A stretch of DNA of 44,378 bases, filler included, from Catajapyx aquilonaris (taxonomy: Eukaryota), in assembly GCA_000934665.2 (NCBI GenBank). It is 2 parts of 2 records of this genome, joined end to end, with 100 filler letters (N's around TTAATTAATTAA, not from the genome) between each part and the next. Parts side by side here need not be neighbours in the genome. Positions count along the whole stretch, not along the records: positions 1 to 22,251 come from JYFJ02005931.1; 1 more part is not named here. One strand, 5' to 3'. The translations under genes and the position numbers were made by a program. The notes under the pieces were generated by a model. That model saw only the letters and a list, made by a program, of their open reading frames with translations, had not been told where the DNA came from and searched no databases. Positions 1-12,376 of this stretch are shown in pieces (the first letter of the stretch is position 1; each line of letters opens with the position of its first letter).

Positions 1-485
1 CGAATTATGGTAATATTTCTGTCCTATTGATTAGTAGGCCTACTGCGCCTCAAGTGCAGGCCTTAACCTGTTCAAACACAGTAGGCAATCAGTGATTCAA
101 TAGCAGTATATTCAAGATAATTGCAAGTTTTACATTCTCTCCCCACAATATATTATTTCACATCTTCGAGAGTCACAACTACGAACTGTCACTTTCCCAG
201 TGTGATACAAATGCTGGGCTTACCTCCTGCATAGGATTAGGGGTGTTGGGTTTCTGTGACATCCCTCTTGTGGTCAGGGGTTGATTTACCAGCCAAAAAG
301 TATGTCAACGCTTAAAAGGGGGTTTGTTTAATTGGCGATTCCTTGGCAACGGGCAAATGACAATATGCAATCAGGGTAGACAATCGCCCTATGGGTCTAT
401 GGAACCATTTAGGGATGAAAATATGATGCCCGAAAACCTACGGCTAAGGGCAAGGGGGTAATCAATCGACTGAAAAGTGTACACT

Positions 486-580
486 GGAGTACCAAATTCA
501 AGGAGTACCACGGAGTAATAAAGAGTGAGGTGCCTGGGGAGTACCAGGGAGTACCACTCCCAGGTGTACACCGGAGTACC
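486..580. repeat. Cluster of short GGAGTA(CC) repeats
   Basis: GGAGTA at 486, 502, 512, 538, 548 and 573; the block gtgtacac(t/c)ggagtacc occurs twice. Resembles subterminal repeats of a DNA transposon (inference). Confidence 0.5.
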
Positions 581-603
581 GAAGTGATTACCCGCTTGGC
601 TAA

Positions 604-719
604 GGGCCGGTTTCACCAATACCGGTTTATGATAAAACCCCGGTTATTTCGGAAAATTTGCATGTAGTTTCCGAAAGAACCGGGGTTTTCTCATAAACCG
701 GTCTTGGTGAAACCGGCCC
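604..719. mobile_element. Palindromic MITE, PIF/Harbinger (Tourist-like)
   Basis: Near-perfect hairpin GGGCCGGTTTCACCAA...TTGGTGAAACCGGCCC flanked by TAA on both sides (601-603, 720-722). A TAA/TTA TSD is characteristic of PIF/Harbinger. Confidence 0.8.
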
Positions 720-777
720 TAAATGGTAAAACCGCTATCTTGGTAATGATGTGATGTACAAGAGTCCATTCGAAAGG

Positions 778-858
778 ATTTTATTTTTATTTATTTATTT
801 ATATTTTTTATTTTATTTACCCCGTGATACAACTATATGCCGTTATAGGGGGGTGGTA
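778..858 (-). mobile_element. 3' tail remnant of a retroposon (LINE/SINE)
   Basis: Minus strand reads ccccccctataacggcatatagttgtatcacggggta followed by an A-rich tail; same CCCCCTA...CACGGG(G)TA motif as at 11210-11250 (-) and 15186-15222 (+). Confidence 0.5.
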
Positions 859-3800
859 GACCACCATACAGTTTTCTAATAATTGCTTTTCCTTCAATCA
901 CCGGTGCAAGGATTACTAGGAAATTGGGTAAAAGATAATAAACTCCCTCTCACTCCACCAAGATGAAAATTGTAAGGTTGTTGCGGGATAGAACAATATT
1001 TTGCAGGTCAGTCCACAACGCAGACTTCAACCTAATATTACAGCTAATATTAGGTTGAGCAGAAGTATTTATTTAGTTTTGAATTGCAATTATTTTCTGG
1101 GCTTATTGCCTTTATCCCCGCATGAAGGTCTCTTAGAGGGGTTACTTAATATTTATTGGGATTATCATATATGAAGGGTTTTCAAATACCCAGATTACAT
1201 CTAATTGTCGCGGTTAATATATCTGACAACTACTTATACAAGTAACTGTTTAAAAGTAATTTTTATCATATAGCAGCTTAATGCGAAAAATATCTAACTA
1301 AAATGTAAAACCTACCCTTCTGTATATGTCCTACAGTACCCTTACAATATAAAGGAATTATTATTTACCAGCGTTTTGATATATTCGGGTGACATTTAAA
1401 CATTACTGTAGCTCAACGTACTTTATTTTGCCCTTCATTTTATGTTGAAATAAAACTCCACAAAAAATTGAGCAACAATAATACAGGCCTGTTTTCTGGT
1501 TTCGTATTTTGTGTTCACAAAGTTACAGCATGATTGACTCCATGCTCAAATTGGCAGACACCTAAATATTCGATGCACTTCAAACAATGCTGTAGCATGA
1601 CTGCATGAGGGCCAGTTCGCTAAAGTTCACATTGATAGGGTGCATGTTTATGGAATTTTGCACTGAATACTTGGTTACCGGTGCGGTGGTAAGAAAGGTT
1701 ATGCGTTTCAGAGTATGAAAACTGATATAACTGGTTTTTTCAGGTCGTAATTTTCTCTTATATGTAGCATTCACTGTTGGTTGAGTGATAAACATATATA
1801 ATAGCAACATACTACTAGAACACAAGTTTTTATTGGGTGATTGCATCATTGTATTGGCAAGGATTCTTTTTATTACGCACCATGCGTAAAGCTAGAGTAT
1901 GTTTATAAGCTTTTATATGGCATGGTCGTTCGGTTCCGCATTTTATAGGGTCAATTAGCATAAAACGAAATACAAACGCTTGCAATTCAAGTCTTCCAAT
2001 GTATGCATAGAACACACTAAAAATGCGCAGGCACGTAATGGTTAGCAATCCTCGAGTTCTAAAGTTAGGGCCACATCCTGTTTTCTCTATTGGACGTGTC
2101 CCCAGAAGAGGGCAGTACGCTCAATTTTTTCGCTCGTAGTAGACTTCCGGCTATCGGAAAATGCTCCCAAGTGTCCACCCAGAGATCGAATTACGATTCC
2201 CATTGTGCAGCCGACGGAAGCTATATCTCCACTTTTTATTGGCCAAAAAGGGGGCTTGATATCGTTTATTAGATTGCAATAGGGATTTTGAATTGTAGCA
2301 CATTAATGTTTTGTGCCGGAAGAGCCGAATCTGTCAGGAAATTAAGTCCCTAAACATAAATTCAATTTCCGCACTGCTGTACGTGATGTAGCAACGTGAC
2401 TGTATAGGCCTACATGACTTCCTTTTTTGGCGTGTATTTATAGTTTTGCACATTTTTTTGTTCTTTCATTGATAATACAGGCTAATAATACAATAATACG
2501 GATGTAACCTTAATTCTTAACCTCATAGTATAGCGTTGCAAACTTCTATCTTACATTTGCAAACTTAATTGTGTGCATGACTTTGCTGCGTAGTAAACTC
2601 CTGCTGTATACTGGTTATCTGCACTGCCAATATTTCGTAGCAGTCCAAGGTAATAAAGCATAGGAATTATGCATTTAGCCCAGTACATGCATTACACAAT
2701 TCTTGCCAGGGTCAATTTCCTTGTCACGCATGTCGGAATTTATCAAACACGCCTTTAAAATTGAATTGCCCGTTCTGTTGCGCCTTTATGTAGCCTAATA
2801 ACACCCAATAAAAGTGTTTTTTAAAGATTTCATATTACACGCAAATTCCAACCATTCCGGCATCAACAGCAGACTTAATGAATAGTCTGCAGTACTGTTT
2901 CCAATATATTTTCTCTACTAATTAACTGAAAACAGAAGTCAGGGAAAATATATATTTAACTACACTGTAAGTGAAAATGATTGATTTTGCTATGTTCATG
3001 GTAATAACATGACTATAATATACGCTTTGCTCAGAAATACGGTAGGCCTATATGGAATTACAAACCTTTCATGTCATGGGATCTTACACATAAAAAAATC
3101 ATTTTATGCACATATTTAGGAATCGCATGAAATTTGGTATTTGGGCTAAAATATGAACGTTAATAATAGTAACTGCCTAGCGTAATAAACAATACAGAAT
3201 TTGCCGGCAGCAAACAAAAAAAAATTACTAATCCAAGTTGAGTCTCTAAATTATGCTACGGAATTACACCTCGGAATCCTTTTTTCCTCATAAAAAACCC
3301 TGCACTGTATAATGCACCATTTTGAGCCACCATCTTATAAAGGCAATGTTATTGTGCCGCGGAGTTTCTGCTACAAAGCACCCTACAGTCTCCACAATTT
3401 GCCGCCTCCTTTCTCCACAGGCCACTGTAAAAGTGTCACATCTGCGAAGGGTCGGCGTGATTCTGTTACTGCAATTTGGCGGCTAATGCAATTTGCCGCA
3501 AGAACTGTACCGCACATACAGTGCACCGCGTACCCCCCGGCGCCTTTAACTTTGACGCCTGTCATTTCACTCTACAACGCCTCGAATAACTACTCGCTAA
3601 TGATTTTTACGGACAAAAAAATCTGCTCGCTAATTGGACGCAGCTAAGAACTCTGCTGAATCATTTGTCCTTGAGCCACCATCCTGAGCCACCCGAAATG
3701 ATTGGCTGTTGTCTGTTACTGCGCAAAGTTCTAATTTTTACATTCCGAGTTCCAGCCTTAGGAAACATCAGAGAAGCACCGCAATGGGTGAGTGGCTGGG

Positions 3801-5094
3801 AAAAGAAAGAATTTAGAGGTGTGGATCCCAAGGCGGAGGAAAGAGCCAGGCTTTAGTTCCCGTACTGCGTTTTCCCCTCCCCCGAAATTCGATTTGGTTC
3901 ACATGCTGGGCCCGGAAGAAACAGACCCTTTCAGTGTGGTTCTGCACAATCAATTACGGTGGCTTAACTTCTGAATCCCCGGTTTTAATCCTGCCGAAAA
4001 GCGAGTTGGCCCGGAAGCGGCACTTGTTTGTATTCGCATTTGCACAACACCTATAGAAGGCCTCGACGTCAGGTCGGGTCGAATTCATTCAGAGTACGAT
4101 GCACTCGGGGACACCAAGGTTTTCAAACGTTTCAGAAATGATTTAGATCCGTTTCGCAGAACAATTTATATCTGCGACGGGCGCGTGGCCTTGGCTTCCG
4201 CGAGTTTTTATGGAACGACTCATAATGGAGGACTTATCAGCGACTTTCAAACTTGGCCCACTTTCAGCTCAACGATTTTCCGTAAAACGAGCGAAAGTAT
4301 GTGCACTGTGCATTTCATATTGTAGTACCCGCCCTTTTGTGTATAGTTGGATTATTTTCTCCGGTATGGGTGACCTCCCGCCTGCTGGGTGATACGGACT
4401 GCGGTGAAGAATAATGTTTGCATTGTCCACTGCACCGGTCTTTACACAACGAAGCGCCAGAATAGCCCGTACTACTATTTTAAAAGTATCAGGGGCTGTG
4501 GGAAGTTGTGATACATGTGAAGGGACATTTTTGTTTCCAGCGAACACTGGTCGTTGTTGGATCAGTTATACACTGATTAGTGTTTGAGTGGAAGCCTACA
4601 TGAGAGTGACCTGATCAAATCGACGCAAGTGCAATATAATTACTCTGACGTTTGGAGAGCTATTGAAGCATTGTAATAATGGCATTCTCTACGATTAACA
4701 GGAAAATAGTCATGGCAACTACTGTATGATGGGGATTGGTGCGGTTGTTTATAAACAATAGCAATAACATAGGTTAATAACTGGCACAAGTTAAAATGCC
4801 AAATCTCAAAATGAAACTATGTGTTTGCAGGCGAATAAACACAGTGTACTATACGCGTTTTATAGCCTTGATGAGCTGCGTTTTTAAAATTACTACATGT
4901 CAATATTATGACAACTTGGCCCAAAAAATCGGGCCTGCACAAAAAAGGGGTTTCTAGGCTCATTTACACACCTCAGGTTGTTGGATGTAGATAACACATG
5001 TCTGACGCCCTGGATTTTTTAACCTCGCGTTTATACGCAACCATAGTTTGCATGCGTTGACATATGAATCACCAGTGTACAACTTGTGACCGGT

Positions 5095-5879
5095 TGTACT
5101 ATCGGGTTCAAATACTTCTGGCCACTTATCCTGGTCTTGAAGCAACCCTTCGCACAGACCCCACGTTAAGGAGGTGTGGGTGATCAGGTCTTGACTAAGG
5201 TCTGGGGACGGAAGTCTGTGGTTTTACTGTAGCTGTGGGGACCAGTTCCAATTGTGGGGACATTTGTCGGTCCCCACAGTCTCACACACGCGAAGTGTAC
5301 CATTACAGTGGGGACATGTGTAAATTAGTGGGGACATGTCCCCACTATTTTCATTTGTAGGGTTTCACAAAAGTCCATTTTTCTCAGCCTAGGTTACTTA
5401 GGGTAGGGTAGGTTAGGTAGGGTAGGTTAGGTTAGGTTAGGTTAGGTTAGGTTAGGTTAGGTTAGATCAGTTTACACTCGCAGTGAAAAGTGATCAATGT
5501 CCGTTCCCACGCCTTAGTCAAGACAAGAGCGTGTGTGTGTGTGTGTGTGGACGGGTATTGCTATCGTTGTGAGGTATTTTTTACGCGTTTTCCTATCCTT
5601 GTGAGGAATTTTGTCATTACGAGACAGTTTTCCTGCACCTGATAGTGAACACACGCCTCACAAGGATAGGGAAAAATCGGAAAAATACCTCATAAAGACA
5701 GTAAAAATTTATTTTACCAAAATTTCGTGTTTCCTTGTAGGTTAGGTTAGTTATAAATTTTAAATTTTGGAAAAACCTCACAAGGATAGCAATGCGCTCC
5801 TGGGTGTATGTGTGTGTGTGTGAAGGGTTGCTTCAAGACCAGGATAAAGTGGCCAAAAGTGTTTGAACCCGATAGTACA
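5095..5879. mobile_element. Composite TIR element: ~60-bp outer inverted repeats enclosing two smaller TIR elements
   Basis: 5095-5156 (tgtactatcgggttcaaa...gaagcaacccttc) is inverted at 5817-5879. Inner element A 5188-5524 (gtcttgactaaggtctggggacgga / tccgttcccacgccttagtcaagac). Inner element B 5555-5795 (attgctatcgttgtgagg / cctcacaaggatagcaat, with internal ctatccttgtgagg subrepeats) lies between (TG)n tracts. Confidence 0.75.
5388..5465. repeat. Interstitial (TTAGG)n tract
   Basis: About 8 consecutive GGTTA/TTAGG units preceded by degenerate GGTAG units. TTAGG is the canonical arthropod telomere repeat; here it lies inside a TIR element. Confidence 0.75.
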
Positions 5880-8399
5880 TCGATCAATTACAAAAACATT
5901 AGCTAATTATGTGGATGACTAATATGCGTACGACCAGAATGTATTTGTACTCAGATTTTCGAATGACGTCTAGAAAATGAGCAAAAAAAGGAGTCAGAAA
6001 CCGTGAATTAATCAAGAGTGTTAATTGACAAGTGCAAGAGGGAAGATGGCATGACATGTCGGGTAATTAGGTGACAGGCACCGCTTTCGTCAAAGTTTGG
6101 CTGCAAATCATGTTGTATCTAGAGTAAATCACTCTGGCAGCTTCCCCCAGCCGGAAAGGAAAGCTTCCTTCGCCATAACCTAGGCGAAGTAGAACGTTTG
6201 TGTGCTATGGCAAGATTAATTATGAGGGGTGAAAGTGGAGGGAATTAACAAGTTAGAGTCAAATTTAGCGGAAAATTTCTAGGTGGAAATCAGGCGAGAA
6301 TCCCTAGAGGTGAAGGCACAAGCTGTAACTATGAATGAGATAGATCTCGGCTCATTTGCTGCAGCCATGCGATCTGGTGTATTCCCATGAATTGTTCTAA
6401 TGGCTCCTTTGAGGTGTTGCGTGCATTTTCACCCGTTTCGAACAAAGCCGATTCTTCGCGCTTTGTGATTGGGTGTCAGTGCGCTTTACAGTCAAGAGCC
6501 GAATATTTATGACGCCTGTAAATTGAAGCGCTGGAGGCAGGAACATGTTAATTTACATTTCACTAGTTTCTAGAAAATTGGAATTGTAGTTAGGAAAAGT
6601 GCAGCTTCAGCGTGTAACGGTCGTTTCTTCCTATATTAATGAAGGTAGTAAGATACATGCGTAAGTCCCGTAAGCATGGACTGTTTATTTTAATTATTAA
6701 AAACCAACATGTTTATCACTGTGATGCGTTGTATTACAGGTAGGGTTGTGCAGTCTACACAGTACTGGCATGTAACAAGTTATCCTTTATGTACCATTTA
6801 CAGGTGCAAGTCATGTTCTTCACAGCCACAACGCGAGAGGAAAAGAATATGGCGTCTAACTTACATGGGGTGAGTCAAAACATCCATTTCATTACCGCTG
6901 CCGATGCCGGTCCTTTCGAATATGTATGATGCGTACATAAATGCATATGAAATGAAGGAGCAAATTCCAATGTAAATGTAATGAACAGGACATCACAGAG
7001 GTGGGGAAAGTCCTTGTCTTTAGGGGCTAGGAGGAGGAACCAGGATGAAAGGGGGTGGGGGAGTCATACTATTAGCCACACTTTTCCGCTAGAATTGATG
7101 ATGGCAATTAGAGGAGTCATATTTTGCGTAATAATACAAAACGCAAATAGGGTACGGAGCAAAAAAAATTATTACCGCACATAAGTATCGCGAACCGTGC
7201 ATATCAATTAGTACTAACAGTATCGTATTCAGCAAGGCACATACGCATGATGTGCACCGAACTCGACTCAATCCAACCTTGTAAGAGGAGGTAACTCCGA
7301 GTAACGAACCTACCTACATCAGCCTAACTCTGCTCCACTAGGCTGCATTTAAACTGGTACGGTATGTTTCCCTGTCCTTTTGCTCGAGCAAACCGCTTCA
7401 AAAAGGGTAACGTGCACAAAATACGAGAAGTGGGTATATGCGCGTGAAGTGGAACGCAGTATGGCACATTTTCTCATCGACTGCATCGCTAATCTGCGAC
7501 CTCATACACTTAGCCTCGCTATACTATGCACACGCACAGTGGTGGTGCCAAAACACACACCACAAATAGGTAATAAGGGCATGCATTTTGCAAGCAAAGA
7601 CAACAAGGGGCTGCCTCCATGATAGGATTAGAGACAATGTACGAGTGTCCGTCCGTCTTCGGCCGTGTCATTAAAAGTGAAATGCTCACGCAGCAGCTCC
7701 GGTGTGTTCATCCATGCAGTCGGGGAGTCCCCGCAGAGAAAATAAAGATTCCTCGGTAGACATGCAAAGACTAGGAGCCTTCCCGTTATTAGCCAAATGG
7801 ACGGCAGAGAAAGGCAATGAACCCTTGCCATTTAGACCGCACGGCCTGCAATATCCGGCCAGGAATACAGTATCAAATTCGAAACTTGAGAATTGGAGTC
7901 CCATTACGGTTTCGTCGTCGGCTTTATCGTTCTCAATGGGGAAGACGGACGATGTACTACCAACTACCTATTCGAGGAGGAGGCTGTGGGAGACGGGGAG
8001 AAGAGTGGGGGAGGTGGGGGGGGTGCACTTTCCAGCCGTTACAGTAGAGTGCTATGAGGTCCCAAGTGGAGGAAGCCAAAGAGCCATTACATATGCAGAC
8101 GAGGACGACACCGGACTTTGCCTAAAGATTTCGCTTTCCATATATTCCCGTTCTCTCCCAAGACGACAGAGAAAGGAAGGCTTTCCTCTGTCACAATCAA
8201 TACAATTTATGGATTTAGATATTCTCCCTGGATCCAATAATTCGGCCATCTCATTGTTGTCTCGCTTGCATTCGATTAATAGACTATACATTATTTTGCT
8301 ACTATCACAGTGACATCACATCAAGCATCACAGTGTATACCTATATATACGATATACATTAATATGCTCGTGTTTTTATTAATATGATATGATAGAAAC

Positions 8400-8640
8400 T
8401 GAACTGATACTGTAGCGTGTCCTTATGCTATAATGTCTCATATTACTCGTTAAGTAATATTTGCAGAAGAAAACATAAAAGGTTTGCCTTTTGTGATGAA
8501 GTGCTACGAGTGTTTCGAAATCAATTAGAAAGACTTGAATCTGGAAACAGTTTTCCGGCTTCATGTTGCGGTGTTATCTTGGACTTTTCTACTGTATATT
8601 CTAGTAAGGTTATTGAACTTTTTAATCTTCAAAGCTAAGC
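8400..8640 (-). pseudogene. Decayed casein kinase 1-like kinase fragment (subdomains VIa-VIII)
   Basis: With one frameshift the minus strand reads ITLLEYTVEKSKI/HRNMKPENCFQIQVFLIDFETL-x18-LTSNMRHYSIRT. CK1 consensus is EYxHxKxxIHRDxKPxNF...VxxIDFG-x21-LTGTARYASINT. Catalytic Asp is Asn, DFG is DFE, and stops flank the fragment. Confidence 0.5.
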
Positions 8641-9467
8641 TACTCAACCAACCTCTCTTAGAAGGAAGCCATCTTGAATAGGTAGAATAATACTCTTTAG
8701 AAAATTGTCACATCAGTCACCTGGAAACCATCCACAAAGGAAGGCATGCGTCAATCAAACAGTTTCAAGAGCCTGACTGGCTCTTTCTCCCCCTCCCAAC
8801 TAAAGTAGTTCAAATCCTGATTACAGAAGAGAGGAAAAGAGGGGGGGAGTGCAAAAAAGGACGAACCATAAAGTCGCATACAAAATTACGAATGCTTTGA
8901 TATGGCGCAACCCATCTTCGCTATTTACCTTTTGTGAAGTCACGGCCTCGTCGAACGCAACTCATATGAGTAAACATTCCATAATGCCAAATGTAACATA
9001 CACCATAATACTGTAAGCTAATAATATAATTACTGCTGCTTTAGGTACTCCACCCGGCAATCAGGCATCGCAGTACTAGTAATGTGAAATAACATAACAT
9101 TGGTCATGCAATGCTTAACTGAAAGTGCGCGTGGGTAATAATGCGGACAAATGATTGAAATAGTTTAATTGATTTGTAATTGAGTTTGTAAATAATGCGA
9201 AATCCAAACGAAGGGCAGCTACAGTGTTTTGTGTATCCAGCCACAATGTCGAAATAGCACCAAAAAGTAGTCGGAAAAGTGCAGTGCCTGGCCTGACTCG
9301 ACTCATCACCGGACACATTCATACACGAGGGAGGTGTACCCCAGTACATTTGATATAATCCGCCCAGCTTTTAAATAGCAGGAGTTATTCGCCTCCAGAG
9401 GCCTCGAAAATGGAGCGAAACGGCCGGGATGAAAAATCCCAGGTGACCACCCGCATCCCCCTGGTCT

Positions 9468-9497
9468 CCCTCCTCCTCCTCCTCCTCCTCCTCCTCC
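9468..9497. repeat. (CCT)n microsatellite
   Basis: Directly visible tandem CCT run. Confidence 0.9.
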
Positions 9498-10150
9498 CCA
9501 CCTTGTGCCTCTCCCAGCATCCTACTTTCCACTTGATTTGCCCTTTGTCTCGTTCCGGAGAAAAAAGGCTCAGTAACCCTGGTTTGTTATATAGCCAAAT
9601 GGGGCCCACACCTGAGCCACGCATGTTAGTGAACTTCTTCAATTACCCCCTCCCCCTTTTCTGGTCTCCCCTCTCTCTCCCCCGCCCTACCCCCATCATG
9701 CATGAAATTGGGACTGAGGCTAGCAATCGATATGAGCAGAGGGAGAACTATCCCCACCCTCTCCTCCACTCCCTACTCCCCCTATTTTTTTTATCTCCCT
9801 CCCTCTGCACCTGAACCTGCTTTCAGAGGTTTTCCAGCAGGCGCAGGCTCGTGGTACGCGTGATATGCGATATCCTACCCTCCCACCTACCCGTCTACTG
9901 CACTCCCTCTCTACTTCGGTGTAGTATTGTACATTATACCCCCCCTCCCACCCCTTAGGTTTGCCTAGTCAGCCTCTCAGAGTCACTTGTTCTTCATAAT
10001 CAGGTATCCTCCTCGCTGGTGCACTCGGCGTTCCTATATATATGCAAGCTGACACAGCCATGCTCTCCAGATTTTACTGCCTCGCATTATTTTCAGGCGA
10101 TTCTTTCTGAAGACGTCCAAGTACGAAGACTTATGAACCAGGATAAGTTC

Positions 10151-10151
<1 letters not shown>

Positions 10152-10216
<65 letters not shown>
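10152..10216. repeat. (AAT)n microsatellite, possibly the tail of a decayed minus-strand SINE (10217-10385)
   Basis: About 21 AAT units; the downstream gattcaaacacgaggatacccga resembles a decayed reverse B box. Confidence 0.85.
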
Positions 10217-11137
10217 GGCTAATACGTTAGAGAGAATGGAATCGATGCGGAGGGTATCTTTAAATTAATTTTTCATTGATGAGGGTAATGAAGAAAGGGA
10301 AATATAGAAATCGATCTCAGAACAATCGGTCCTGTGATTCAAACACGAGGATACCCGAATGAAAGCTTATAACCACTATACACTATAGGCTAGACTGCCC
10401 TCTTGTGGCTATACAAAACAATAAAAAAATGGCAAAAAAATGTTGCAGGATGAGTGTTTTCTGCAGCTTTAGTCGCTTGCTACTTGATTATACTCTAAAA
10501 ATATTGTGGCCGAGTAGGGCCTCCAAATAATTTAGAAGGCTATATCTTGCGTCATTTTGAAAGGGACCTGGTCCCTGCAGGGAATCTGTTTACTGGTGTA
10601 TGCTTTTCTCCAGGGGGCAATCAGAAAAAAACAGCGTGCTGGGGTGGTCATTAGGCAGCGACGGAGAAGAAGGGTTTCCGGAAAGTAGCGATAAGAATAT
10701 ATTTGTAACTCTCCTTAATAATCAGTTTGTTTAACCACATGATGTGGAACAAATGGCGCGTCTTTTATAATCAATTGATTTGGATTGTTAATTATTTATA
10801 GGCATTGATTCGACCTACTTGCAATTAAGTGCTCATGCCAGACACTTACAAATAACAATATCAAATTGACTACCCCATGGTAGTCCAGTGGCCGCTTATG
10901 GAATTCCCTTTAATTCCCTGTCTTATATTACTTCCTACTCAGTGACTATGAATTTTGACAGTGGGAGGAAATGAAAGAACCCCGAGAAAACCAACGCGAA
11001 CACCGATAAAGGACCCATTGAAACTTTTCTGCATGAGAAATTCCTCTGTCTGATTCGGAAATATAAGAAGAGAGCTCAGCGGTTGTGCTGCTAATCCCTA
11101 TATCGCGAGACAATCTACCTGCTGTGACAATATTATT

Positions 11138-11140
<3 letters not shown>

Positions 11141-11200
<60 letters not shown>

Positions 11201-11481
11201 AATAATTTGTACCCCGTGCTAGAGCCATGGGCCCTCTTAGNGGGGGGGGTGGGATACCACCATATATTTTTATCTGGAACTCTTACTTTCGTTTTTACTT
11301 CTCTTATATGGGGATGGGATAGGGACGGAAGGAAGCGGTTGTCACCTATAATTACGGACACGACCCCGGAATTTTCCTGGTGAGACCACCACGGTCAGGG
11401 TCGGCGGCCCCCGGGATTCGAACCCAGGACCTTCCGAGTAGAGGTCGGATACCATATCCCCTCCGCTACCACTGCTTCGGT
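11141..11481 (-). mobile_element. Full-length tRNA-derived SINE with 13-bp TSD and (TTA)n tail
   Basis: Minus strand: A box TAGCGGAGGGG, B box GGTTCGAATCCC, body ggaaattccgggg...aaccgcttccttcc (recalls Talua/Lm1-type insect SINE bodies), 3' stem motif, then (TTA)n tail 11141-11198. TSD caatattatttat at 11128-11140 and 11482-11494. Confidence 0.85.
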
Positions 11482-12376
11482 CAATATTATTTATTTTTAT
11501 TATGGAAACAAATGACTGAATACTGTAACAATAATATATGACATTTCGACGTGGTCGTGACAGCTAATATTGAGAATTGTATTACAGAACTACAACTCTG
11601 CATACCGTACTGCAATAAGTACGTTTAAAAAAAATAAACACTGCTTACTGGAAAATGAATATTGATCCTAATATTCCTACATGACAAATTCATTTAGATA
11701 ATTACTATGGGTTTAATTGACTCGGGCAGTTAATTATTTCCGTGTAAAATGCAGCTTAGTGGAAAAGTGAAGAGCAACCATCCGTGATGGATGAGTCAGC
11801 TGACCGGCAGGATATTCTCTATCCCATAACCGTGAATAGTGACATGCGGTTATCCCAGTAATGTGGATGAAATAACTTACAAGTATAACCTCGATATAAC
11901 GCTCTTTAAGGGACCGCCCAAAAGTAGCGTTATAAGCGGGATAGCGTTATATGCGGGAAATACAATAAATTTAACTCACAATTTTCTCAGGAAATGAATA
12001 CCTTCACTGTTGCTCTGTAGATTGAAGCTTATAAACTATGTTAATCTGAACTGACCTGACCGCGTACCACGTATAGGCTACCTCGTAGGCTAGTCTTTTC
12101 ATAGTATTATGTTTAGAACTGCCCTCATCCAGAGGTTTTTCATTTCTCAAGCTTAAACTTACGGTAAAAATTAAAACTGAGTGTAAGGTACGGTTGAAAG
12201 CGTCGTCAATAGCTATAAAACAAAAGAGGAACGGTCATCCTAGGTTCCACGGAAGCGGAGATTTTAATTGTTTTGTCTTATAAAAATATTGACAAAACCG
12301 ACACTGTCAACTATAAAATAATATTAATTAATAAAGGTGACCATCGGGTAATTCTAAGTGAATCCTACAAAAGCAT

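Noticed and set aside
486..580. CRISPR-like repeat array
   Set aside because: Eukaryotic context, repeats only 6-8 nt, irregular spacing, no cas genes.
5388..5465. True telomere or chromosome fusion site
   Set aside because: Short, single orientation and embedded within a TIR element.
7702..8313. 203-aa ORF, the longest in the track
   Set aside because: Non-ATG start, no recognisable domain or splice structure; composition looks non-coding.
9410..9814. ORF with a signal-peptide-like poly-Leu stretch
   Set aside because: The Leu run is a translation of the (CCT)n microsatellite and the rest is low complexity.
11395..11481. tRNA gene
   Set aside because: A and B boxes are present but continue into a SINE body, tail and TSD; no complete cloverleaf is evident.
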